A stretch of DNA of 64,000 nt from Methanomassiliicoccaceae archaeon (GCA_040776945.1 JAXGZN010000002.1:704001-768000); one strand, 5' to 3'; numbered from the stretch's first letter, positions 40,364-49,432 are shown. Notes: generated from the letters alone by a model not told the origin. Numbers and translations are program-made.

Positions 40364-40587
40364 GTAGGAGCTAATGTTGCTGTCGGTAGCCCCTTCAGAC
40401 TATGATGGACCTACTCGCCTATATACTACCCGAACCTCGCAACATCCTCCTCGGCCCTCTGGTCCACGACCTCCACATCGGTAAACTGCCCTGAAACATA
40501 CCTCCTCTTGGCAAACTCAGTGGCCTCCTCTGGCGTGTCGAAGGAATATCGCCCGACGCCGTCGCAGAATACGAGGAATCGCTTATT

Positions 40588-42361
40588 CTCGAGTTCGCCA
40601 CTTATGAACGTCGAACGATTCTGATATGCGAGCAGATCATCCGGACGTCACGCGGCCTGGGTAAAGAATAAAAGCGGTCTTCCGTTCGTTATAGTCGCCA
40701 AACATACACAAGCGGAAAGACCGTGTTCTGTATCGTATCGATGCATATCAAAGATGCGGTCGTTTCGTTCGAGTTTGGCGGGATGAGTGAACGACCTGCC
40801 TCGCAGAAAGAGCACGATACACGCACGCGTACCGGCACCGAACGAGAACGTTACCATGAGCATGGGCAGCAAGGTGCTCGTTGACGCCGTGTTCGCAGAC
40901 GTCGGCCTGAACGACTTCCTGGACGGTCTGAAGAGAGATCAAGGAGAGAAGGTCTCTGCGGAAGTGAAAGCGCTGGTGGCCACCTCGGTGGACATGACCG
41001 GCGTATCGGTCAACCGCCTCGACCGCATGCTGGACGACGATCTCGTCCGCAAGGAGTACGGACTGGGTAACAGTGCTTCCCGATCGATCTATCGCACGGT
41101 CGATCGCATCGGGAAGAGCAGCGACGCCATCGTCCGCTTTCTCGCCGAGGCGCTGAAGACGAAGTACGGCGTCGGGATGGACACGGTGTTCCTGGACTGG
41201 ACATCGATGTACTTCGAGGCGCCTCAGAACGTCTTCGTCAGGATCGGCTACTCCCGAGACCACCGGCCGGACCGGCCGCAGGTAACGGTCGGACTGAGCG
41301 TGGACAAAGCGTCCGGAATGCCTATCGGTCTCACCATCATGCCCGGCAACGTCGTCGACGTCACTCACTTCCAGGAGACGTTCAAGCAGATGCGTTCGCT
41401 TCTTCCGGACGACGCCATGATCGTGTTCGACAACGGGGCGTACTCCAAGGAGAACTCCGCTCTCCTCGAAAGGGGAGAGTTCGGATTCGTCACGCTTCTG
41501 CAGATGAACGCATCGGACGATGCGTTCGTTCGAGCTCATGAGAAAGAGTTCGTGGACCTCGGGGACGGGATGTCCTTCCTGGCGGTGCAAGGCAACCTCG
41601 GTCGAAAGAGGTTCATCTTCCGCAGCGAGACGCTGCGCAGCGACGCCTTGCAGAGGTACCGCGCGAAGGCGGAGCGGGACTACGACGACATGGTGAACCT
41701 CAAGGCCGCCGTGGAAGGGGACAGGAGACCGCGCAAGAAGTACCGGACATCGAACTGCTTCGTCGATACTCATCTGTCGTACCGCTTTCCATTGGACGTC
41801 ATGAACAGGGAGGAGGCGATAGAGCATGCGGTGCGGTCGATGTTCACCGGCCGGGAGGGACTTTTCGTGCTGCTGACGAACCGTTCGTTGACAGCATCCG
41901 AGACGCTGAAGATCTACCGGTCCAGGAACGCCGTGGAGACGGCGTTCCGTGATCTCAAGCACGGCATCGACTGGAGGCCGGCCAGGTGCACGTCGGAGGA
42001 CGCCATCAAGGGACGCATACTGATCTCTTTCCTTGCTCTGTTCTGCATGTCCATGGTCCGCTTCCTGCATCCCGAGCTCTCCAGGATGACGGCGGAATCG
42101 TTGGTCACCGAGCTTGCTTCGTTCTCACTTACGGTCGAGCGACGCAGCAACGGCGTGATCAGACGAATTTGGAGCAACTTTTCGCCGATCATCCGGTATT
42201 TAGGGGGCCGAAAGCGGCCTCTTCCGGTGCCTTCGGCACCGGGACAGGCCGTTCTCGATCGCTTTCCCGGGTGACGAAGCGTAAGTGAGAACGCCGCAGA
42301 CTTGGCGAGAACGAGTTCGGTCAGCGAACGCGATCACGGTCGGCTAAGTGGCGAACTCGGG
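40588..42361 (+). mobile_element. IS1634-family insertion sequence
   Basis: 17-bp terminal IRs CTCGAGTTCGCCACTTA / TAAGTGGCGAACTCGGG (1 mismatch); imperfect flank duplication TTATT/TTATA. Confidence 0.9.
40787..42274 (+). CDS. IS1634-family DDE transposase
   Basis: DWTSMYFE, GYSRDHRPD..Q, GNVVD, FDNG and YRSRNAVETAFRDLK. Confidence 0.93.
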   Translation: MNDLPRRKSTIHARVPAPNENVTMSMGSKVLVDAVFADVGLNDFLDGLKRDQGEKVSAEVKALVATSVDMTGVSVNRLDRMLDDDLVRKEYGLGNSASRSIYRTVDRIGKSSDAIVRFLAEALKTKYGVGMDTVFLDWTSMYFEAPQNVFVRIGYSRDHRPDRPQVTVGLSVDKASGMPIGLTIMPGNVVDVTHFQETFKQMRSLLPDDAMIVFDNGAYSKENSALLERGEFGFVTLLQMNASDDAFVRAHEKEFVDLGDGMSFLAVQGNLGRKRFIFRSETLRSDALQRYRAKAERDYDDMVNLKAAVEGDRRPRKKYRTSNCFVDTHLSYRFPLDVMNREEAIEHAVRSMFTGREGLFVLLTNRSLTASETLKIYRSRNAVETAFRDLKHGIDWRPARCTSEDAIKGRILISFLALFCMSMVRFLHPELSRMTAESLVTELASFSLTVERRSNGVIRRIWSNFSPIIRYLGGRKRPLPVPSAPGQAVLDRFPG

Positions 42362-42412
42362 TTATATTCGCTAGTCCTCTAAGGGATGGAAGAATTGTTT
42401 ATATTCGAGCAT

Positions 42413-42443
42413 GGTGGTACGCTACGTAACGTAGCGTACCACC
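42413..42443. repeat. Perfect inverted repeat, 15-bp arms
   Basis: GGTGGTACGCTACGT-A-ACGTAGCGTACCACC. Confidence 0.9.
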
Positions 42444-42597
42444 GCCCTTGATTTGAGGCAGATCTTACAGGGAATCATGTCGCCTTTCCCCCCTAAATCC
42501 CAGCAAAGGTGACAATTAAAAGGATATCCTTTTATCCTAGCTGCAACATCTCTAATCTTAGTATAGCAATCTGCAACGTATCTAACGGGTGATCTAA

Positions 42598-42768
42598 ATG
42601 GCTACCGTGTCGTTTAACAAGCCGTTGGAGATAAGAAGCGACAAGTCTGCTTCTGCTCTGATAAAGGCTTCTATGGAGACAGATAGCCATAAGCCTATTA
42701 AGAGAGTAGACATTTCCAGGGAAAGAGAGAGTGGTCTTTCATCCCTGAGAAAAAAATATTCTCATTAA
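42598..42768 (+). CDS. Small basic protein, putative antitoxin (56 aa)
   Basis: Manual translation MATVSFNKPLEIRSDKSASALIKAS...LRKKYSH; RBS GGGTGA; overlaps the GNAT frame. Confidence 0.6.
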   Translation: MATVSFNKPLEIRSDKSASALIKASMETDSHKPIKRVDISRERESGLSSLRKKYSH

Positions 42769-43340
42769 GAGATTTTCTCGATTCTGCCAACGATGAAGCA
42801 GCCGTAATTGCGGATTTATCGTCATTTGTATGCGTCAAGGATTCAGATATTCAACATTTTTTAATAGAGAAGGCAATACCATTCGAGAAAGCTCACAAGA
42901 GCAGAACTTACATCATCCTCAATAAAGATTCCTTGGATACTGGTAGGATAGAGATATTAGCATATTTTTCGGTGGCTATGGATCATCTTCTCATTCGTGA
43001 AGGCGTGTCTGGAACATTGAGAAGAAAACTCAATGGCATTTTCAATGACGATAGAGTGCCCTGTTATCTCATAGGTCAATTAGCACGGAACGATTCGTGT
43101 CCTAAGGAGGTTCTCGATGGAGAGGAGATCTTAAATTATGCATTAAGCGTGCTATTGGACGCCCACGACATAATCGGAGGTAGATTCGTACGTGTCGATA
43201 GCAAAGAATGCGTTGGGCTTTTGTCGTTTTATCAATCAAATGGTTTTAGATTATTGCCAGATAAGGAGGAACACGGGCTTTGTCAGTTGGTAAGATTTAT
43301 CTCGAGTAAAAAACAAGGGGCGGCAACGGGGATCTCGTAA
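42756..43340 (+). CDS. GNAT acetyltransferase, toxin-like; true start unclear
   Basis: SFVCVKDSDIQHFL..SRTY, LIGQLARND, GGRFVRVD and FYQSNGF; first canonical start codon is only at 42933. Confidence 0.75.
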   Translation: MFSLRDFLDSANDEAAVIADLSSFVCVKDSDIQHFLIEKAIPFEKAHKSRTYIILNKDSLDTGRIEILAYFSVAMDHLLIREGVSGTLRRKLNGIFNDDRVPCYLIGQLARNDSCPKEVLDGEEILNYALSVLLDAHDIIGGRFVRVDSKECVGLLSFYQSNGFRLLPDKEEHGLCQLVRFISSKKQGAATGIS

Positions 43341-43560
43341 TTGGTTTTTTAGAATCACAGATCAAAGATTGATATGTTTTAGCGAACCATCAAGTATCAA
43401 CGGATTACGTTTTAGCTTTCAGTTTCTTGATCATCATGTGCAGGGGACGCCTCGAACCTGCGAGGTCTGTTGGGGAACTTAGTCCTAATTCCGTTAGCAG
43501 GATTAAGACAAGTTTGTCGGTTATTATCCCACCAATATGGTCTCTATTGAAAAAGTCCGC

Positions 43561-44667
43561 TCATTTTGAATAGACAAATAATTCATCAAGGATGAGGATG
43601 GCTTGGATTGCACGCAACTTCGTCATCTCGTTATCGTCAAGTATGCCATGGGCAAAACCAATTCTACCTGATCGGACACTGCCATTTCGAATGCTTTCTT
43701 CACTAATTTTGTTAAAGAACGTATTTTTCAAATAATTAACAAATTCTCTCCTTAAATCAACTGATAGTACTGGATGCTTTATCCTAGATTCCTGGATGAA
43801 ATATCCAGTAAGGCGGCCGTATTCTGTATCCATCGTTCCAGTTTTTTCGATACCCAGTTGTTGAAAAAAACCCTCAATCCGAGGGTAGAATATTGAGATA
43901 GCAGAGATATAACGGCCGTTGATGTAATTATCCACCCCTTCTCTTAAGCTCCGCTCATATCTTTTAAATCTGGGTTTCTGAACCCAGCTCTCGACCATCT
44001 GGTTCAGATCCTCCTCTTTAAAAGTGTTGATAAAATCATTTTCTGTTTTTTCGTCGTATTCATTGTTGCTAATTAGCTCGCACAATCTGGTTAACTTCGA
44101 TCCTCTCAATCTGGCAAACGGAAACCAACCTTTTTCCAATGCAACGCTACGAGCACCTTCCAAGCTGGCTTTAAATAGCGCCGGAAAAAGGTCCTGGACG
44201 ATTTGATTCTTTATACTACCTTTTAGGTCTACAATATGGTCTCGGGGCAGCTCAACTCCTGATTGGTCATTCAGATTGGGAAAGAAATCAAAGAGAATTG
44301 TTCTTTTCTGTAAAAAATGATGATAAAAAATGTAAGCAGTATTAGGAGGAATATCAACACCAAGCAGTTCGATCGAGGCGATATCGGCAATGTCATCGCG
44401 ATATACTGGTGCTCCGGCCTTCCTTGTTGCTAATGATATTATTTCCGCCACCATTGGGATATTAATGTATACGATGGTCTTATCTGGCATAATCAATACA
44501 AGGCAATTTGTTATCGAAGAAAAACCACGTTTATTATTCAGCATCCATTCTTTCAGATAGACTTTGTTCAACAAGTCGAATAAATCTCCGATCGGCTCCC
44601 CCTTACCATCTTTTTCGTGGGCATTGAGTGGTGCTTGAATTGTGAACGATGCTTCAGGGGTCTCCAT
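43561..44667 (-). CDS. Hypothetical protein with C-terminal HEPN-like domain
   Basis: YISAISIFYPRIEG and the R-x4-H motif RIGFAHG; AT-rich. Confidence 0.6.
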   Translation of the reverse strand: METPEASFTIQAPLNAHEKDGKGEPIGDLFDLLNKVYLKEWMLNNKRGFSSITNCLVLIMPDKTIVYINIPMVAEIISLATRKAGAPVYRDDIADIASIELLGVDIPPNTAYIFYHHFLQKRTILFDFFPNLNDQSGVELPRDHIVDLKGSIKNQIVQDLFPALFKASLEGARSVALEKGWFPFARLRGSKLTRLCELISNNEYDEKTENDFINTFKEEDLNQMVESWVQKPRFKRYERSLREGVDNYINGRYISAISIFYPRIEGFFQQLGIEKTGTMDTEYGRLTGYFIQESRIKHPVLSVDLRREFVNYLKNTFFNKISEESIRNGSVRSGRIGFAHGILDDNEMTKLRAIQAILILDELFVYSK

Positions 44668-45117
44668 AAAACCGGAATGAGCATGTCATTATTTTAGATG
44701 GTCGAGTTGCAGAACTAGCCTCAAGAAAAGAACTGTCATTATATTTGCTCTCTATTTTCATAAAAAATTAAACCTATGTTTTTGGATTATTTTATGGCCA
44801 TTTGAGAGAGTACTTCGAAATATTCGAAACCAAGTGTCTGATGTTCTCCAGATGGGTTTTCATACGATATTAGCCCCCCGCCTCTTCAGCAATTATGGTT
44901 CCCACTGGTTCAATAATTCCCTCAACAAGCCCCCTCGAGCACTCAGCGGCAGATTTCGACGTACCAGATTCTAATCGGTCTCGACCCCCCCCCCCGCTTG
45001 TGGTAAGGCCATTTGGCGACCCGTTCCACCATGGCCGTGGGCTTGTGGCATATTGGATACTCTGCTCCTCGTCACGCTAAGTGGGGAGAGCAGAACAGTG
45101 AGTGGCCGTTCTAGCAA

Positions 45118-45330
45118 TCATGGTCGAGCCCCCGGATCGATGTTCTCGGCCATGCTCGCCCATTCATTAACCGCGGTACTTGATCTCAACGTCTGCGGGG
45201 CGATTCTCCCCTGGCACCAGGGGCAAGGAGGGCAGTGATCGCAGACCGAACCGGGCCTGGCTCTGCACTCCATGCAGGGGGCGCATTCGTGCTGCACCTC
45301 CTCCGCCGTCGCGATGCACTCGATCTCCAT
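45118..45330 (-). CDS. Small Cys-rich protein (70 aa)
   Basis: CAPCMEC..CDHCPPCPWC; TGATG-coupled. Confidence 0.55.
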   Translation of the reverse strand: MEIECIATAEEVQHECAPCMECRARPGSVCDHCPPCPWCQGRIAPQTLRSSTAVNEWASMAENIDPGARP

Positions 45331-45470
45331 CAGACGATCACCCCCAGCATCACGTATCCGATGGTGAACCCGATTAGCAGGGACAGCAAACCGCCGATCA
45401 GCCACCAAATCGGGTCGATTCCGATCGCAGCGGGGATACTCCCCTTCGTCGAGGCCTCGAACCCCATCAT
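45330..45470 (-). CDS. Small single-TM protein (46 aa)
   Basis: Manual translation MMGFEAS...IDPIWWLIGGLLSLLIGFTIGYVMLGVIV; ATGA-coupled. Confidence 0.6.
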   Translation of the reverse strand: MMGFEASTKGSIPAAIGIDPIWWLIGGLLSLLIGFTIGYVMLGVIV

Positions 45471-45658
45471 CGAGGGAGCCTCCAGATTGCCCAGCGACTC
45501 TGATACCGGGCCAGGGCTTCCGGTCCCTCTTGCTCAAGGACTATATTCTCCAGGGCTAAGCGGTCCTCCTCCTCGATGGTCCGCTCACGGGGCGGGACCT
45601 CCGCCTCGCGCACCATCGAGACCAGACGCTCATAGGCATCGGTGCAGGCATCGCTCAT
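45467..45658 (-). CDS. Small hypothetical protein (63 aa)
   Basis: MSDACTDAYERL...; ATGA-coupled on both sides. Confidence 0.55.
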   Translation of the reverse strand: MSDACTDAYERLVSMVREAEVPPRERTIEEEDRLALENIVLEQEGPEALARYQSRWAIWRLPR

Positions 45659-45777
45659 GGCCTTACCATCCCAGTGCCCAGGATGACGACCACGGCCAGG
45701 ACCACGGCCACAAGAATCATCGTGACCGGCAGCTGGACGTTGTCCCAGGTCCACTCCCGGCCGGGCGAGTGGATCAT
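45655..45777 (-). CDS. Small single-TM protein (40 aa)
   Basis: MIHSPGREWTWDNVQLPVTMILVAVVLAVVVILGTGMVRP; ATGA-coupled. Confidence 0.55.
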   Translation of the reverse strand: MIHSPGREWTWDNVQLPVTMILVAVVLAVVVILGTGMVRP

Positions 45778-46169
45778 ACCCTCCCCCCGGTCACGTGGCT
45801 GGCCCATTGGGGCCCCATCGTTATGGGGGTCAGCATCTCGTTGTACCTCCGGTTCAGGCAGAACTGGTGGACGAATCGGACCTCGTCCGGCAGGAGGTGC
45901 GAGCTCCCCCTGGGTCGGTAGTAGAGGTAGCAACCCATTGAGTGGACCCGGCGGAGCTCGATGTGCGGCACGCCCGAGGCGTTGAGCTTCTGAGTGATGG
46001 CCAGGTGCGAAGCGTTCGATACCTGGTTACCACAGTCTGGGCAGGTCCTCTCCCGAAGGTAGGAGACCAGACGGGGGAAATCGGAGTAGTGCCCCTGCCT
46101 CGAGCGCCGGAACACCTCCAGGGCCTCGGTGCCGTAAAGGTGGTCCAGATCCTCGACCGTCAGCCTCAT
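45774..46169 (-). CDS. Hypothetical protein, possible Zn-binding
   Basis: CPDC...HQFC; ATGA-coupled. Confidence 0.6.
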   Translation of the reverse strand: MRLTVEDLDHLYGTEALEVFRRSRQGHYSDFPRLVSYLRERTCPDCGNQVSNASHLAITQKLNASGVPHIELRRVHSMGCYLYYRPRGSSHLLPDEVRFVHQFCLNRRYNEMLTPITMGPQWASHVTGGRV

Positions 46170-46378
46170 CGCGGCCGCCTCTTACTGACCATTCTCTCGA
46201 TCCTACTCAGGAGCTCCCTGGCGTCGCGCAGGTCGTTCTCCTGGTCCAACGCCAGAGTGTAGAGCCTCTGCATCCTGGCGTCGTAGCCTCTAGTCTTGGC
46301 CCCATCGTCCCACCTCACCCGCTCGACCGGGCTCATAAGGAGCCCTATCATGATCTCGTCGGTCTGCTCGTCCGTCAT
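46166..46378 (-). CDS. Small hypothetical protein
   Basis: 70 aa, GGAGG RBS, ATGA-coupled. Confidence 0.6.
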   Translation of the reverse strand: MTDEQTDEIMIGLLMSPVERVRWDDGAKTRGYDARMQRLYTLALDQENDLRDARELLSRIERMVSKRRPR

Positions 46379-47910
46379 CCGTGGTTGCCTCCACCTTTTC
46401 CTCGAGGGGGGCCCTTGGCTGGGTTGCCCCCTCGGCTAATCGATCGCAAAGACCCCGCGCTATGGGACCTTGGAGAATAAGTGTGGAACTCGCCGAGGCT
46501 CGAGACCGAGGAATCGACCCCCACCTGGGCGGCGAGCGCCTTGAGGAGCTGGGCCATCTGATCCCTCTCCCGAGCTGACTGCTCCTGGTACTTTCCAAAA
46601 GGGGTGACAATCTGGGCAATCGCCTGGTCGTGCCCGGCGACCCGGCCGACCAGCTTGCCCATCATGTCCTGCAGCTTCCTGGTCTCCTTGATGTTCACGT
46701 AGGTCGAGGCGTTAAGATTGGCGATGCTCGGCCCGCCTTGGACCACGCTGTCCAGCATCCTCTGCAGGTCGCTGACGGGATGCTCCTCGATGTTGCCGTC
46801 CTGGTGGCAGACCTCGTGGCGGATCTTGGTCTCGCCATTGGGGAAGACCTTGCGATAGACGCGCTCAAGCGTACCGTCGACCTGCTTGGACGTCCAGCAC
46901 ATGTCGTAGACGCCGGCGAGCTCCTGCTTGACCTCGGAGTCCGTCCCGACGTGCACCATGTGGACGAAGATGAAGTCCTGGATGTCCCACCACGATAGGC
47001 CAGTTCGAGCTTCGAAGATCCCGTCGATCTTGCACAAAGCGCCGTGGAACTCGGCCGCGCCCATCGGCGTCTCCGAGCAGGATATGGTGATGGTGAGGTT
47101 GCCCGACCAGTAGAAGTGTAAGATGATGTCGCTTTTCGGGGTGTGTTACTTCTCCCGGAACCCGCCGTCCAGGAGGTACTTGCGCCGGTTCCGCGGGCGG
47201 CCCTCGTCGGCCTTGGCCCTCTCCGGCTTGTAGAACAGTTGGATGATTGAGAGGGGGTCGAGAGGGTTGAAGATCCGGTCGATGAGGTCGATGCCCACCG
47301 AGCCCCCTGCATTGTGTGCCTGGCCAGGGGCCGCAGGGTCGGCAAGGGGGGAGGGGTACAGGCACCCCGTTCTTTTGTATCCGTCTATAAAAGGCTTGTC
47401 TGACTTTTTGGATGCTGGGGGCCTGTCCTCGTTCGAGTATTCGATCTGGGTGGCTAACCTTCTCAATGTAACCGCTAGATCGTTGTTCTTCGCGGTCACC
47501 TTGAGAACGTCCTCCCGGCGGAACATGAGCTGCACGTCGTGGACCCTGGGCAGGTTCTCGACGGCGATCTCGCGCTCCAGAGAGACGTTGATGGCAGCCT
47601 CGAAGGAACCGGGTACGATCTTGTAACCGTCGTGGTCCTTGAGGATGGAACGCTCGTCGAGCATCCTGGAAAGGGTACCCTTTACCGACCCTACGGAGGG
47701 CTTCTTACCCTCGGCGTCCTTGGGTATCCTGGCTGTGATGATCTTGGGATTGAGGCCTACGGGCGACCGGGACGCGGCCTCGGCCCGCAGGACCTTGAGG
47801 ATCTTGTCCCGCACGGTCTCCCGAGGACCCTTTCCTCGAGAGCTGCGAGGGGAGGGGCTAGCAAGGGTTACATCGGATCTTGCAGAATTGTAACCCTCCG
47901 ACGCTGGCAT
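46375..47910 (-). pseudogene. Putative replication initiator (wHTH + Rep-like core + coiled coil) interrupted by in-frame TAA
   Basis: ORFs 47146-47910 and 46375-47064 share a frame and are joined by GGFREK*HTPKSDIILHFYWSGNLTITISC; ERVYRK..KIRHEV motif. Confidence 0.55.
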
Positions 47911-47969
47911 GATGTAACCCTCACTCCGTTCCGAGGTTCGCGGCAGCTGGTCCTATCGTTCGATAGGAC
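47864..47969. promoter_or_regulatory. Repeat/hairpin cluster at the putative rep start (candidate origin or operator)
   Basis: TGTAACCCT x3 (one inverted) and the perfect IR GTCCTATCG-TT-CGATAGGAC. Confidence 0.5.
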
Positions 47970-48130
47970 GGTGAAAACGATAATATGCAATGAGAATGTT
48001 GAGCACTGCTGGATTGCACGAGTGGTTGCCTCCATTTTTGCGTCCAGCATGGGAGGGTCACGCGGGTTGGCTCCTAGCGTGCTTCCCTGCCCATGCACTT
48101 CTCTAGGCGCATCTCTCCTTGACCGCGCTC

Positions 48131-48547
48131 TCACGCCCCCTGGTCCGCTAGGCAGAGCTCCCGCTCCTCGTGCACTACAACGATGTCTCCCCGGGCGATC
48201 GACTCCCGGAGCCTGCGGTTCTCAACGCCCCAACGCCTGCTGTTCGCGTAAACGGTTTGCAGCCTGTTTTGTAGCTCTTCGTGCGACGTGCTCGAGGGGC
48301 TCCCTTCCTCCCCGTTAGAGGGGCTGTTTTCGGCCTGATTCGGGGTGGCGAAAGATGACAAAAATTCATGTCGCAAACGGGGGTAGCCAGCGTTTTTCAT
48401 GGGCCCTAATCTCTTCGGGCCCACCACTTTCATAAACTCATGCCGTTTGTGACAAGGGTTTTTGTCACGCCCTTCCCCGTGCGGGGAAGGTCCTTCCCTC
48501 GTCGGAGAGGGAGTTTTCAGCTTGTTCGGCAGCGGTTTGTAGCTCAC
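48131..48547 (-). CDS. ORF reading through attR
   Basis: GTG overlaps the stop of the relic integrase end; frame open across the att core; alternative ATG at 48400. Confidence 0.35.
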   Translation of the reverse strand: MSYKPLPNKLKTPSPTREGPSPHGEGRDKNPCHKRHEFMKVVGPKRLGPMKNAGYPRLRHEFLSSFATPNQAENSPSNGEEGSPSSTSHEELQNRLQTVYANSRRWGVENRRLRESIARGDIVVVHEERELCLADQGA

Positions 48548-48592
48548 TTAACTATAAGCTGCGGGCGATGCCGGGCCATCGCCCTGAACGGT
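48408..48592 (+). repeat. attR core (48408-48432) plus diverged copy of 28929-29088 including the integrase 3' end
   Basis: 185-bp gap-free match to 28904-29088 with about 15 mismatches by manual count. Confidence 0.92.
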
Positions 48593-49432
48593 CCATTAGG
48601 GCTAGACGCCCTCACCCATATCGTGTCGCCAATGATGATCTATTGGCCATTGACAAAAAAAAATGAATGAAATATTTGTTCCTCTGATGTGAACGTGGTC
48701 AACTTACATCTGGCCACAGGGGACTCGTTATCCAATCGAACGGATCAATAGGGACCACGAGGGAGGCGGGATCAAGCAAGGCCGATGCCCCTCTTCCTGA
48801 CGAGGTGGAAGATCTTCGAAAAGGGTCCAGGAAGAGATCGAACTGGAACTTAAGAATAGGAAACTTATAGAAAAGCACCCTCAACGGGCCAGGAAGTTCA
48901 TTCCTGTTCTGGCCACCTTGATAGTGATGAACATCGTGATCGCGTTGACCACCGAGAGTTACTCGTTGTTATGGATCATCTCCAGCTTCTTGGTCTGAGT
49001 GTACTTCTTCGTTCACGATGGCGCCTCACTAACCTTACAGACCTGTTCGGCCTTTTTCCGCGCCGGGCCGCCGGCTTGACGTCCTCTCATCCATCAATTC
49101 TTTTCCCTCCTTGAACAGGGAGGGCAGCTACTTCACCGAGGGGGAACCTGCTTCGATAGGTAGCTTCGGAACTACCTCTAGGATGCTTCATGTTCTGCAG
49201 GCGGTGGAAGAAGAGGTCTTCGGATCGAAGACGCTTCTCCGTCCATCGTAAGGCAGAAATGGGCATTGAGGGACCATGTCAAACAATATCCATCGTTATC
49301 AGGCCCCATGGGCCGCTCGAGCATGGTGTCTAGATGATGAGCGGCGGTCGGCGATGCAACCGCCTGGTAGATTGTTTTCCCGTAGATATTTCAACCCGTG
49401 ACATCTCAGATGCATATCGGCACAGCGCTTGA

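Larger units (their letters stand above)
28904..48432. mobile_element. ~19.5 kb integrated plasmid/provirus-like element in tRNA-Ile
   Basis: Exact 25-bp direct repeats at both ends, adjacent integrase, AT-richer cargo, small coupled ORFs. Confidence 0.9.

Noticed and set aside
33900-40400. Integron cassette array as an explanation for the membrane-gene cluster
   Set aside because: Genes alternate in orientation and I found no recurrent attC-like repeat in the spacers
44985-44995. C11 homopolymer as a phase-variation switch
   Set aside because: No convincing gene in any frame around it; flanking frames contain stops
48890-49280. Possible decayed ferritin-like (DUF892) gene on the minus strand
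   Set aside because: Only short fragments (EDLFFHRLQ, ILEVVPKL, LFKEGKELMDE) in different frames; needs BLASTx
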